From positions 3,091 to 67,090 of the forward strand of contig DANJ01000011.1 in NCBI GenBank assembly GCA_002497285.1: a DNA stretch of 64,000 nt. The letters are read 5' to 3'. Positions within the stretch are counted from its first letter, which is position 1. Each line of letters begins with the position of its first letter. The notes below the pieces were generated by a model. That model saw nothing but the letters and a program-made list of their open reading frames with translations, was not told where the DNA came from and searched no databases. The stretch is from Candidatus Pacearchaeota archaeon UBA92 (lineage in GTDB: Archaea; Nanobdellota; Nanobdellia; Pacearchaeales; GW2011-AR1). The position numbers and the translations under genes are program-made. Below, one piece after another: positions 15,480-24,377 of this stretch.

Positions 15480-17516
15480 CTAAGAAATATCAAATTCGCC
15501 TAGACTTTTTTGAATAGATTTGTTTCTCAGACTTAAAATAATCATAACAATTATTGCGATGATTCCAATAATTAATACGGCCACAACAATCCAAAAGTAA
15601 ACTCCGAAACTGCTTTTAGTAAAACTGCTAGAACAAATACCCTTGCAACAATCACCATCACTAGCACTTTCAGTCCCAATAGAACATTCCTGATTGACTT
15701 GGCAAATCTTTCCTCCAAGCTGACTACAAGTCCTGACTCCAGGAGAAACAACATTGCTACAACTCTGACTTTCTAAAGGCTTAGCAAGATTAACTCCACA
15801 ATTCCTTGAATCTGTACAAAGTCTTGTCTGGCTTCCTGAAACACAAGAACCCCAATCACTGCAACTCCATAATGGAGAGCAACTTCCAGGAACATACTGA
15901 AATTCCTTAACTGCCGAGTGCCTTAAACCTGAAACCTCATAATCTCCTCCTTGCTCGATACAACTAAATTTAGTTGAATTGTTTCCATCGCAAAGAACAA
16001 TCGTCTCCCCACCCTTTGAACAATCATTAGAAATAGAACTTATTGAATTAATTTCTTCGTCTTTTACACAAACAGCATTACTTACATTACTTAATTTATC
16101 AAGATATACCGTCTTATTCACATCAAGCCCATTGACAATCAAATACCCCTTGCTATCAGAATTTGCTTGTTTTCTAAGATAAAGATTTGTTAAATAGAGA
16201 TCGGTATTATTGAAAGCAAAAGTAAATTCTACTCTTATATCTCCCTCTTCGTCAATTTCAATATTTCTAGTGTCATTAAATTTCTTAGATAAATTGAGGG
16301 GTCTTCCATTTTCATATACTGAAAAGTTAAAATTGGCGTCGACATCGCTCAAATTTCCAATAAACCCATTATCTTCATAATCGCATCTTTCATAAATTAG
16401 ATTAGCAGGTAAATTAGTCACACAAGAATTATCTGAAAGATAACTAATTTCCCTTTTATCTCCCAATAAACAATTGCTTACGTTTGCAACAACTTTAGCT
16501 TCACAAATTGCAATTCCCTGATTATTAACAAAACCTCCTCCACTCCTTGAAACCGAAAAAGCAGTTACATTTTGAGTTTGATTATAAGACACAAAATTTG
16601 TACCTGAAGTCACAAATAAATGATTACCGTCGATTCCTAAACCCTCAAAATCAGATCCAAAACCAAAAAGAATTGGAATCGTTGCAACCCCTCCATTAGC
16701 AGGAAACTTTATCTGGAGATGGCTCCCTATAACTTCAAAAGTGAAGTGATGCGACTTATAAGGAAGCATACTACTATAGTTTAACTTAATTTCTCCATTT
16801 TCCCAATAAGCAGTAATTTCTTGAACAGCTCTGTCATATAACGAACCATCTTTGTCTAGAACTTTAAAGACATACTTATCAGCAGGTAATTCAGTCCCTA
16901 TCGGAAGAGTAATTTTATTATGCAAATCATCAAAAACAACTCTGAAAGGAGCCCCTGCACTGCCAAAACTAAACCTTCCCCATTTATTCTCTCCCAAAAC
17001 AAACAATTCATCAACAGATAAATCAATATTTCCGAAAGCACAAACATTTCCAGCAATCACATTTTCACAGACTGCATTATTGCTTGCGAGATTTGTTATC
17101 TTGACAACATCAGCAGTACCGTTATTGCTGAAATTAGCATTTAGAAAATAACTTTCTCTTGTCGTAGAACACGCTCCAGAATTACATCCTAAACTACAAT
17201 CATAAGTTCTATACGCATAAGTTTTATTATCTCCAATAGCGCACCCATAATCTATAACTCTGCTTGAATTAAAACAGACATCTGCAAGTTCAAGATTTTT
17301 CCCATAATTATAATTACTACTCACTACAGTTCCTTGGGTTGAAGGATAAATCCCTCCATCATTATCGCTACATGTTCCGGCAGAATTGTCTGGAGGGGAA
17401 AGAAAAGTTCCTTCAGCAACACTCTTGAAAGGCATTATAGGATTAAAAGAAAGAAGAAATAACGCAATAAGTAAAATTCCCAAAACCAAAAAATAATCCA
17501 ATTCCCTCTCTTCCAT
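15480..17516 (-). CDS. Cys-rich secreted/surface protein with C-terminal TM anchor
   Basis: N-terminal TM, a Cys-rich ectodomain and a C-terminal TM (VYFWIVVAVLIIGIIAIIVMIILSL). A TSR-like block, CSPLWSCSDWGSCVSGSQTRLCTDSRNCG, is present. Confidence 0.6.
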   Translation of the reverse strand: MEERELDYFLVLGILLIALFLLSFNPIMPFKSVAEGTFLSPPDNSAGTCSDNDGGIYPSTQGTVVSSNYNYGKNLELADVCFNSSRVIDYGCAIGDNKTYAYRTYDCSLGCNSGACSTTRESYFLNANFSNNGTADVVKITNLASNNAVCENVIAGNVCAFGNIDLSVDELFVLGENKWGRFSFGSAGAPFRVVFDDLHNKITLPIGTELPADKYVFKVLDKDGSLYDRAVQEITAYWENGEIKLNYSSMLPYKSHHFTFEVIGSHLQIKFPANGGVATIPILFGFGSDFEGLGIDGNHLFVTSGTNFVSYNQTQNVTAFSVSRSGGGFVNNQGIAICEAKVVANVSNCLLGDKREISYLSDNSCVTNLPANLIYERCDYEDNGFIGNLSDVDANFNFSVYENGRPLNLSKKFNDTRNIEIDEEGDIRVEFTFAFNNTDLYLTNLYLRKQANSDSKGYLIVNGLDVNKTVYLDKLSNVSNAVCVKDEEINSISSISNDCSKGGETIVLCDGNNSTKFSCIEQGGDYEVSGLRHSAVKEFQYVPGSCSPLWSCSDWGSCVSGSQTRLCTDSRNCGVNLAKPLESQSCSNVVSPGVRTCSQLGGKICQVNQECSIGTESASDGDCCKGICSSSFTKSSFGVYFWIVVAVLIIGIIAIIVMIILSLRNKSIQKSLGEFDIS

Positions 17517-17537
17517 AATATTCCTAGGTTTATTGGA

Positions 17538-17545
17538 TTTATAAA
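17538..17545 (-). promoter_or_regulatory. putative TATA box (TTTATAAA) for 15480-17516
   Basis: Centred ~25 nt upstream of the ATG at 17516, directly after the stop of the upstream gene. Confidence 0.4.
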
Positions 17546-17546
17546 A

Positions 17547-17810
17547 TTACTTTCTTCTGCGAATATGCTTTTTACTAGCCATTTCTTCATTTAAAACTCG
17601 TTTTTCTTTTAAATTTTTCATAACAATCAATAGAAAAACAAAAACAACAGACAGAATTAAACTTCCAAGAATAATCCAAAAATAAGGGCTAAATTCCGGT
17701 CCTCCTGGGCTTAAAGAAATTCCATTTCCAGAATTCAAAAATAAAAACAAACCAGTTAAAAGAATAAACTCTGAAGCAATTAAATCCAAATCTAATTTTT
17801 TATTCTTCAT
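17547..17810 (-). CDS. small membrane protein with basic C-terminal tail
   Basis: 87 aa with two TM helices and the tail KKHIRRRK. A 4-nt overlap with the ligase stop suggests co-translation. Confidence 0.45.
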   Translation of the reverse strand: MKNKKLDLDLIASEFILLTGLFLFLNSGNGISLSPGGPEFSPYFWIILGSLILSVVFVFLLIVMKNLKEKRVLNEEMASKKHIRRRK

Positions 17811-19489
17811 CTTCTTTCCTTCCCAGCCTCCTTTTTTATGTCCTCAATTGTTGCAATATCATAAATTCCTCTTTCGGGTCTGTAATGGGTAATCCTTGGA
17901 AATCTCATTGCAAATCCCGAACTGTAACTTGGGCTCTTCTGCATATTTTGATAGGTAACCGAAACAATAACCTTTGGTTTAACATGAACTATTGTTCCAT
18001 CCTTCTTAATAATTAATGGGGTCAAAAGGTTATTTATTTCTTTATATGTAGTTCCTTCAGATTCTTTTTCCTTAAGCCCAGAAGAAACCTTTCCAACTTC
18101 AAGAAAATCCTTTCCATCTCTGCATGCAACAATAAAACTCGTCAAGCCTCCAGCCCTCTTTCCAGTCCCATATTCCGCTCCAATAATTACCAAATCCAAG
18201 TCATTCACTACTGGCTTAATTTTTACCATATAACCCACCCTTCTTCCAGGCCGATAATGTGCACTAATATTCTTAATCATTATTCCTTCCTCTCCGATTT
18301 TCAAGGCATCTTTATAGAATTTCATTATCTTGTCTTTATCATTAGAAACAAACTGAGTCGAGAGTCTTATTTTTTTATCCTGAATCTTGATTATTTTTTC
18401 AAGTAATTTTCTTCTCTCCAAAAAAGGCATACCCATTGTGCTTTTTCCGTTATAAAAAAGAATATCAAAAACATTAATTTCAACGGGTAAATCTCTAATT
18501 AATTTATCAATATCATACTTCCTCCTTATCCTCTGACTAATAGCCTCGAATGGCTTATACTTACCACTCTTGGGGTCATAACCTACAACTTCTGAATCCA
18601 AAACGTAGCTTTTACCCTTAACATTATCTTTCACAACAGAAACAACATCAGAAAATTGTTTTGTTACATTGTCAAGTCTTCTTGTAAATAAGTCAATTTT
18701 GCGCCCATCGTTGCTTATCACAACCCTAAAACCATCATACTTATGTTCAACAGCAACAGTTTCTCCACAAATTCTAAGGGCTTCATCCAAATCCAAAACT
18801 TTGACCGGAAGCATAACCTTCATCGGCCTCCCCGGTTTAATATCTACTTCATGCAATGCACTCTTCCCCTTAATAGCTCGTTCATACACCTCTGCAAAAT
18901 CATTAACTTTGTCATACGCTTCATCAATAATATCTCTCATTTCATCTTCATTTTCAAAAAAAGCCTTTGCGATTGAATCTCTTAGAATAGCATCTGCGAC
19001 ACCAACCCTCAAATCGTTCAACAACGTTCGGATAATATATTTAGCCTCTTTTCCAGAAGCAGAAGTTAAAAGTTCAGAAATAAAATCCAACTTCTTATCA
19101 ACCGAACCCTTTCCGTCAGTATCCATTAATCGAGTTAAATTAGTAAATACCTTATCCACCTTTAATTTGGAAGAAAAAAGAGTATTTTGCTTTTTAAATT
19201 TAATAAATTCCTCAGCTACCTCTCCCAAATCCCCTATCTTTCTAAATTTTTCCACAACTTTTTCTATAGAAATTCCAGAAGCTCTAGAAATAGCCTTTAT
19301 TACTAGTTGAGTTGAAATCCCAAACTCTCTTTCATCATAATCCGCAACAACCCTTCCCCTCAGAAGATAAATCCATTCGCTATGTTCTTTTAGTTTTTTT
19401 AAAAAATCTGCCAGAATATCCGTTTTCCCAAGTTTTTTCGTAGTCTCTGAAAGCTCCTCATATACTTCAATAAATTCCGAATAATTCAT
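17807..19489 (-). CDS. lig: ATP-dependent DNA ligase
   Basis: Adenylation motif VAVEHKYDGFRV, with EGIMIK and the length (560 aa) typical of archaeal Lig. Confidence 0.9.
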   Translation of the reverse strand: MNYSEFIEVYEELSETTKKLGKTDILADFLKKLKEHSEWIYLLRGRVVADYDEREFGISTQLVIKAISRASGISIEKVVEKFRKIGDLGEVAEEFIKFKKQNTLFSSKLKVDKVFTNLTRLMDTDGKGSVDKKLDFISELLTSASGKEAKYIIRTLLNDLRVGVADAILRDSIAKAFFENEDEMRDIIDEAYDKVNDFAEVYERAIKGKSALHEVDIKPGRPMKVMLPVKVLDLDEALRICGETVAVEHKYDGFRVVISNDGRKIDLFTRRLDNVTKQFSDVVSVVKDNVKGKSYVLDSEVVGYDPKSGKYKPFEAISQRIRRKYDIDKLIRDLPVEINVFDILFYNGKSTMGMPFLERRKLLEKIIKIQDKKIRLSTQFVSNDKDKIMKFYKDALKIGEEGIMIKNISAHYRPGRRVGYMVKIKPVVNDLDLVIIGAEYGTGKRAGGLTSFIVACRDGKDFLEVGKVSSGLKEKESEGTTYKEINNLLTPLIIKKDGTIVHVKPKVIVSVTYQNMQKSPSYSSGFAMRFPRITHYRPERGIYDIATIEDIKKEAGKERR

Positions 19490-19510
19490 TACCTAAAAAA
19501 CCAACAAGCA

Positions 19511-19518
19511 TATTTAAT
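19511..19518 (-). promoter_or_regulatory. putative TATA box (ATTAAATA) for lig
   Basis: Centred ~25 nt upstream of the ATG at 19489. Confidence 0.4.
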
Positions 19519-19524
19519 CTTTAT

Positions 19525-19581
19525 CACAAACTTCCTACGTGTTGCTTTGGACAAAAGCCCAAAATTTGTTTGAAGTTTGTG
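19525..19581. other. nested hairpin element between radB and lig
   Basis: cacaaacttc (19525-19534) pairs with gaagtttgtg (19572-19581). An inner tttgg/ccaaa stem is present. Confidence 0.5.
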
Positions 19582-19644
19582 TATCAGAAAACAAACGACT
19601 GATTAATCACTCTTAAAAGAAAGAGTTTATTTTCTGTATCAAAT

Positions 19645-20349
19645 CTATAACCATCCCCTCTTTCTAATCCCTCCATCCCAGATTTGAAAAGTTAAATTCT
19701 TCTCTTCTAGCGACCTGTGTTTTCTTAAGTGCATCGTTCTTCTTCCTTTATCATTAACAATTTCAATCAGACATTTACTCCAATACTTCAAGATATCTCC
19801 TCCAACCATCTCAATTTGTCCATCCCAACTATAGACCTGATTCGTTACTAAAACTGGAATTCCCTGTTTTATCGCTATCTCCGCGAGTATTCTCATCTGC
19901 CTTGCAAGCTCAGAATTAACTCTCTGGATATCTTCTCTACTTTTATCCCTTGCATCTCCAAGCTCAAGACGATAAAGCATAGTCATTCCATCAACCAAAA
20001 TCAGGCTTACTTCTTTCTTCAAATTTTTAAGTAAATCATCGAAAGCTTTTTTCTGTTCAGAAAAATTTGTAGCCCTTAAAATTAAAATATTTTCTAAAAC
20101 TCCTTTTTCATCTAAGCCCTTGCCATTTCCCTTAGCAACAATTTGCTTAACTCTTTCTGAAGAAAAACCTCCCTCTGTGTCTATATAAATAACCTTATTC
20201 CCTTTCTTCGCCTGTGAAACTGCGGCAAGCAAGCATAAGTTAGTTTTTCCAGTTCCAGGTCCCCCATAAAAACAAGTTATCACATCTTTTTCATAACCCC
20301 CATAAAGCCAATTATTCAAATCATAACTCCCTGAAGAAATTTTAGCCAT
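19645..20349 (-). CDS. radB: RadB recombinase paralog
   Basis: Walker A GGPGTGKTNLCL, VIYIDTEGGFSSERVKQI, and 234 aa with no N-terminal HhH domain. Confidence 0.75.
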   Translation of the reverse strand: MAKISSGSYDLNNWLYGGYEKDVITCFYGGPGTGKTNLCLLAAVSQAKKGNKVIYIDTEGGFSSERVKQIVAKGNGKGLDEKGVLENILILRATNFSEQKKAFDDLLKNLKKEVSLILVDGMTMLYRLELGDARDKSREDIQRVNSELARQMRILAEIAIKQGIPVLVTNQVYSWDGQIEMVGGDILKYWSKCLIEIVNDKGRRTMHLRKHRSLEEKNLTFQIWDGGIRKRGWL

Positions 20350-20370
20350 AAAAATAAGAAGTCTAGAGAG

Positions 20371-20378
20371 TTATAAAT
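20371..20378 (-). promoter_or_regulatory. putative TATA box (ATTTATAA) for radB
   Basis: Centred ~25 nt upstream of the ATG at 20349. Confidence 0.4.
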
Positions 20379-20382
20379 TTAA

Positions 20383-20622
20383 TTATCTTCTCTTTTTATT
20401 TGTCTTTTTCCCTCGAATTATTTCTTTCTTTCTAAAAGACCAAGCAATAAAAATCAGAGCAATCCAGACAACAAAAAACATAGAAACAAAACTTACATTA
20501 TCTATAGAAGCAGGACTAAGAGAAGGACTTTTTAAGATGATTAAAATACCTGAAAAAACACTTACAATTAATCCAATACTAACAGTAGCAACGAGAAAAA
20601 CAGCTAACCATCCATCATCCAT
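20383..20622 (-). CDS. small membrane protein with basic tail
   Basis: 79 aa, two TM helices, tail GKKTNKKRR. Confidence 0.4.
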   Translation of the reverse strand: MDDGWLAVFLVATVSIGLIVSVFSGILIILKSPSLSPASIDNVSFVSMFFVVWIALIFIAWSFRKKEIIRGKKTNKKRR

Positions 20623-20680
20623 AAGATGAAAGAGATTGAAAGCTTATAAACTTAATTAAAATAAAAAAATAAATTACTCC

Positions 20681-20887
20681 CTATCTTCTTTTTCTTGATC
20701 TTGATCTTGATTCAGACTTAGCCATTCCCATATCACAATTCTTACAACTCTTACAAGTTAAAGCATGTAATAGAAGCAAAATAGCAGCTATTGCAATTAC
20801 CCATGTTGAATACGCAACGGTCCAGAATGTGAATACCAAGATTATTAGGGCAAGAACAGACTCTGTCCAAGTACAGTTACACTTCAT
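20681..20887 (-). CDS. small Cys-containing membrane protein with basic tail
   Basis: 68 aa with CNC...CKSCKNC and the tail SRSRSRKRR. A GGAGGTG Shine-Dalgarno-like box lies 4 nt upstream of the ATG. Confidence 0.45.
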   Translation of the reverse strand: MKCNCTWTESVLALIILVFTFWTVAYSTWVIAIAAILLLLHALTCKSCKNCDMGMAKSESRSRSRKRR

Positions 20888-20934
20888 TTAACACCTCCAT
20901 AAATAATAATAAACAAATGAGTTTATAAAAATAT

Positions 20935-21189
20935 CTACTTCCTAGCAAAACTAGAAATCTTATCTAGGTCTTTATTTATAACCGAAATTACATCGGCGAT
21001 TGCCTTTTTCACAGTTCCTTTATCACTTTCTATTCTAAAAATAATTGGCTTTGAAGGATGTTCAATTCTCCATGCGGCAAACTTTATTCCCGGTTCATTC
21101 AAATAAACTCTTAGCACCTCGGCAACAGTCGAATTATCAATCTTAAGTTCCAAAATATCTTTTTCCTGCTTCAATATCTCTATATCCAT
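20935..21189 (-). CDS. rpoL: DNA-directed RNA polymerase subunit L (Rpo11)
   Basis: ELKIDNSTVAEVLRVYLNEPGIKFAAWRIEHPSKPIIFRIES matches the Rpo11 pattern (..FAAY.IEHP..). Confidence 0.75.
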   Translation of the reverse strand: MDIEILKQEKDILELKIDNSTVAEVLRVYLNEPGIKFAAWRIEHPSKPIIFRIESDKGTVKKAIADVISVINKDLDKISSFARK

Positions 21190-21223
21190 AGTAGTCAGAT
21201 AAAATGAGTATTTTTAAAGGTTT

Positions 21224-21808
21224 CTAATCAATAACTTCAATATCATTACCAAACATATTGTCATCTACTTCATCTGCTTGCGAGCCTTGAGCCCTCTCTA
21301 ATTCAATCTTAACTCTCCTCTCATCCATTTTCTGCAACTCAGCTAATGTAACCACAGACTCAACTACTTTATCTTTTCTAAGATTAATTCCTAGTTTATT
21401 TTCAATCTTATTTATAAGAGAAAAATTATCATCAGGCAAACCACCATTTTCAATAATTCTTAATTTGTCTTCCGTCTCGCCTATCGCCTCGGCAAGCTGT
21501 TTTCTTGAAAGACCCTTTGAGATTCTTGTTTTGGAAATATCCCAGTGAAAATTGTCCTTTAAAGAAATTAGAACATTATTTCTTTGATAACTCTTCTTTC
21601 TCCAGGTCTCAACTCTTGGAACATCCCTCATACCTGGCTTCTTGTATTTATCAGTAAAATCAATTGTTCTTCCCTTCTCAACCTTTTCTTCCTTAACCTC
21701 TTCACTTATTGGAAAAGTTCTAAGAATAAAAAGTTCTTCCTCTCTTGCCTGAGATTCAGGAACCCGAACAATCTCACCCTCTTTTATCGCCTCTACCAGT
21801 CTTTCCAT
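21224..21808 (-). CDS. HTH (XRE/Cro-C1 type) DNA-binding protein, MBF1-like
   Basis: ISKTRISKGLSRKQLAEAIGETEDKLRIIENG is a helix-turn-helix. There is no N-terminal zinc ribbon. Confidence 0.5.
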   Translation of the reverse strand: MERLVEAIKEGEIVRVPESQAREEELFILRTFPISEEVKEEKVEKGRTIDFTDKYKKPGMRDVPRVETWRKKSYQRNNVLISLKDNFHWDISKTRISKGLSRKQLAEAIGETEDKLRIIENGGLPDDNFSLINKIENKLGINLRKDKVVESVVTLAELQKMDERRVKIELERAQGSQADEVDDNMFGNDIEVID

Positions 21809-21860
21809 ATAAAAAGTCCTATTTTCGTATTTAAATTAATTGTTGTTGGCAAGAATATAA

Positions 21861-22493
21861 TCACAATAAGGTCATTTCTTCAAGCTGGTCAATATTTCTT
21901 ATGTAAACTGTCTGTTTTTCACCAATAACAATAATCGGAGAATCAGTAACCTTGTAAAAATTCTTTAATTTATCGACAGTTTCATATTCAAGATTAAAAT
22001 CAAAAGAGTAAACCATAATCTCTGGATTCCTTCTTTTGAAAGTGGTCAAAATAGAACCCATATTTTCACTTTCATCTTGTTTTTCACCAAGGTTAGAATA
22101 AAAAAATATTATTGGCTGGAATGATTTATTGCAATTTCCGTTAAAGTTTTTTATTATCTGTAGATGCTTATATTCTAAATCAGAATAAATTTTCTTTTGT
22201 TCTAATACTCTGAAATCATCTTTTCCGAACCTGTTTTCCAAAAGGTTTAGCTGTGACCCTACTCTGTCAAGAGTTTCAGAAGACTCAAACAAGATTTCAT
22301 CATCACAACTCTGGCTTTCAATAATTTGATCAAGCCTTGTTAAAGATTCCTGAATAAGCTTATTCTTCGACTGTATGTTTTGATAATTTAAGTACGATAC
22401 AGAATAGGCTGACAAAAAGATTAAACTAAAAAGGACAGTTGCAACAAAGAAAGAAAGAATAAATCTAAGAAAATATCTTTCTTGAACCTTCAT
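21861..22493 (-). CDS. membrane-anchored hypothetical protein
   Basis: The start is taken at MKVQERYF (ATG 22493-22491), which forms an ATGA overlap with the TGA stop of the upstream GT2 gene. It has one N-terminal TM. Confidence 0.5.
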   Translation of the reverse strand: MKVQERYFLRFILSFFVATVLFSLIFLSAYSVSYLNYQNIQSKNKLIQESLTRLDQIIESQSCDDEILFESSETLDRVGSQLNLLENRFGKDDFRVLEQKKIYSDLEYKHLQIIKNFNGNCNKSFQPIIFFYSNLGEKQDESENMGSILTTFKRRNPEIMVYSFDFNLEYETVDKLKNFYKVTDSPIIVIGEKQTVYIRNIDQLEEMTLL

Positions 22494-23749
22494 CCTAAAC
22501 CCTCCCTCCAAGACACCTTTCTGTTCAAAGAAATATAAATGAATGAAACTATCCACCAAAAAGCGAATAATAGTGAATAGAATAAACTAAAAAGTACAAA
22601 ATTTATTTTTACCCCTTCTTTATAACCCATTTTTTTCCTAGAAAAGTGAATATAAACAGCAAGCATAGCTAAAAATAAAACTGCAAGGATAAAGACAGGT
22701 CTACTAAAGAGCGTATAAAAGAATCTCTGGATTAAGTATGTGTTAAAGCCAATCCATCCTCCAAAATCAAAATTAATAGATTTCAAAAAGATTATATCGT
22801 CAGCGAGCTGTAAAAGTACCCTTGTGAAAGTATAGATAGTAAGCACTACTGAAAGAATAACGGTGATAACTGCAACTGGCAAAACGAGATATCCTAAAGG
22901 CCCATGCTTGAAGCCAAAAAGTTTTCTATAATTCCAAAGATTTTTGACAAGTCCTGCATACCACCTTCTTCTTTGATACAACAAAGACCTAAAAGATTCA
23001 GGAGAGAAAGTATATGCCACTGCATCTTCAGCATTTTCTATCACTCCATTTTTACTCTGAATCCTCAAAGCAACTTCTAAATCCTCAGTTAAGTTGCGCT
23101 CATCGAAACCTCCATGCTCTAAAAAGAAACTCTGCCTATATGCAGAAAAAGCTCCGGGAGTGATGTGTATAGCGTTTACAGTTGCAAAACTTTTTCTCAA
23201 GAAAACACCCATATAATATTCTATCTGAACTATTCTTCCCCAAATTCCATTCGGCTTGTATACACCCATAGAAGGAGAAACAGACGTAACTTTTTCATCA
23301 TAGAAATACCCAACCATAATTTTCAAAGCATCTTTCTTCACAAAGGTATCTGCATCCATAGTTACAATTATGTCTCCCTTCGCCCTAAGAATCCCAAAAT
23401 TCAATGCAGATCCTTTACCTCCATTTGGTTTGCTAAAAACCCTAACCCTCGAACTAATTGATTCAAATTTTTTTGCTAATTTATAGGTATTATCTTTGCT
23501 CCCATCATCAACTACTATAATCTCCAAATTCTCAGATGGATAATCTAAAGATAAGGCAGATTTTATAGTTCTTGCAATTCCCTTACGCTCATTGTAAGCA
23601 GGTATTATTATACTAACACTTTTATCTGTTTTAGGCTCGGGTTTAGGAATATTTTTATAATACAAAAAAATATTTATCACATAAAAAGAAGTAGCTATCA
23701 ACCCTATATATGCCAAGATATACATCAAAGCAAAATAAAGATCCATCAT
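22490..23749 (-). CDS. family 2 glycosyltransferase, processive type (QxxRW), membrane-integrated
   Basis: VSIIIPAYNE, IIVVDDGSKDNT, DADT, QRRRWYAG, and C-terminal TM helices. Confidence 0.8.
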   Translation of the reverse strand: MMDLYFALMYILAYIGLIATSFYVINIFLYYKNIPKPEPKTDKSVSIIIPAYNERKGIARTIKSALSLDYPSENLEIIVVDDGSKDNTYKLAKKFESISSRVRVFSKPNGGKGSALNFGILRAKGDIIVTMDADTFVKKDALKIMVGYFYDEKVTSVSPSMGVYKPNGIWGRIVQIEYYMGVFLRKSFATVNAIHITPGAFSAYRQSFFLEHGGFDERNLTEDLEVALRIQSKNGVIENAEDAVAYTFSPESFRSLLYQRRRWYAGLVKNLWNYRKLFGFKHGPLGYLVLPVAVITVILSVVLTIYTFTRVLLQLADDIIFLKSINFDFGGWIGFNTYLIQRFFYTLFSRPVFILAVLFLAMLAVYIHFSRKKMGYKEGVKINFVLFSLFYSLLFAFWWIVSFIYISLNRKVSWREGLG

Positions 23750-24318
23750 TCCACCTTTCCGTCTTGCTTTTGTTCTTCATCCTGTTTTTCAGTTAACATC
23801 TCAGAGGCATCTGCCTTAACTGTCTGGAAATAATCATAAAATTCTTCGCTTAGGCTAAGCTCAGAAGTATGCCCCATTTTCTTCTTCTTTACTAGCCCCA
23901 TTTCAACAAAACTCTTAACGTGGTCATACGCCTTATTCCCTCTAATTTTAATAATAACGCTCTGTTTAATTGGTTGTTTATATGCTATTATCGCTAAAGT
24001 CTCCTGTTCTGCACTTGTGAACTCTGCATTGCCTCCGGCAAGCTTGCTGACCATCACATGATATTCCTGAGAAACATCCATCTTCCACTTACCTTCTCTT
24101 TCCACAACATTAATCGCGAAATCTTTATATTTATCCGTCAAGTCTCCTAAAATTTTCCTCAAAATTATCGGATTAATATTTGTAAGACTAATCAATTCCT
24201 GCAAGGATAAAAATCTACCTGAGATAAAAAGAGCTGCTTCGACTTTTCGAGCATTTTCTATTTCATTCTCCTCATCAAGCTCTTCAATACTTTTACTAGA
24301 AAATTCCATGCCTAACAA
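23746..24318 (-). CDS. scpB: segregation and condensation protein B
   Basis: VEAALFISGRFLSLQELISL and ETLAIIAYKQPIKQSVIIKIRG. An ATGA overlap joins it to the GT2 start. Confidence 0.8.
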   Translation of the reverse strand: MLGMEFSSKSIEELDEENEIENARKVEAALFISGRFLSLQELISLTNINPIILRKILGDLTDKYKDFAINVVEREGKWKMDVSQEYHVMVSKLAGGNAEFTSAEQETLAIIAYKQPIKQSVIIKIRGNKAYDHVKSFVEMGLVKKKKMGHTSELSLSEEFYDYFQTVKADASEMLTEKQDEEQKQDGKVE

Positions 24319-24377
24319 TAGACCAAGAGATTTTTAAAGGTTAAGGACTGAAGAAATTTAAATCAAATACAATAAAT

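Noticed and set aside
19490-19644. C/D-box sRNA in the radB-lig spacer.
   Set aside because: Only CUGA-like D boxes are present. The nearest C-box candidates (GTGATTA, GTGATAA) deviate from RUGAUGA and the spacing is wrong. It is kept only as a hairpin observation.
22494-22559. Longer start (MVDSFIHLYFF...) of ORF 21861-22559, overlapping the GT2 gene by 70 nt.
   Set aside because: The internal ATG at 22493 forms a canonical ATGA stop/start junction with the GT2 gene and immediately precedes the TM helix.
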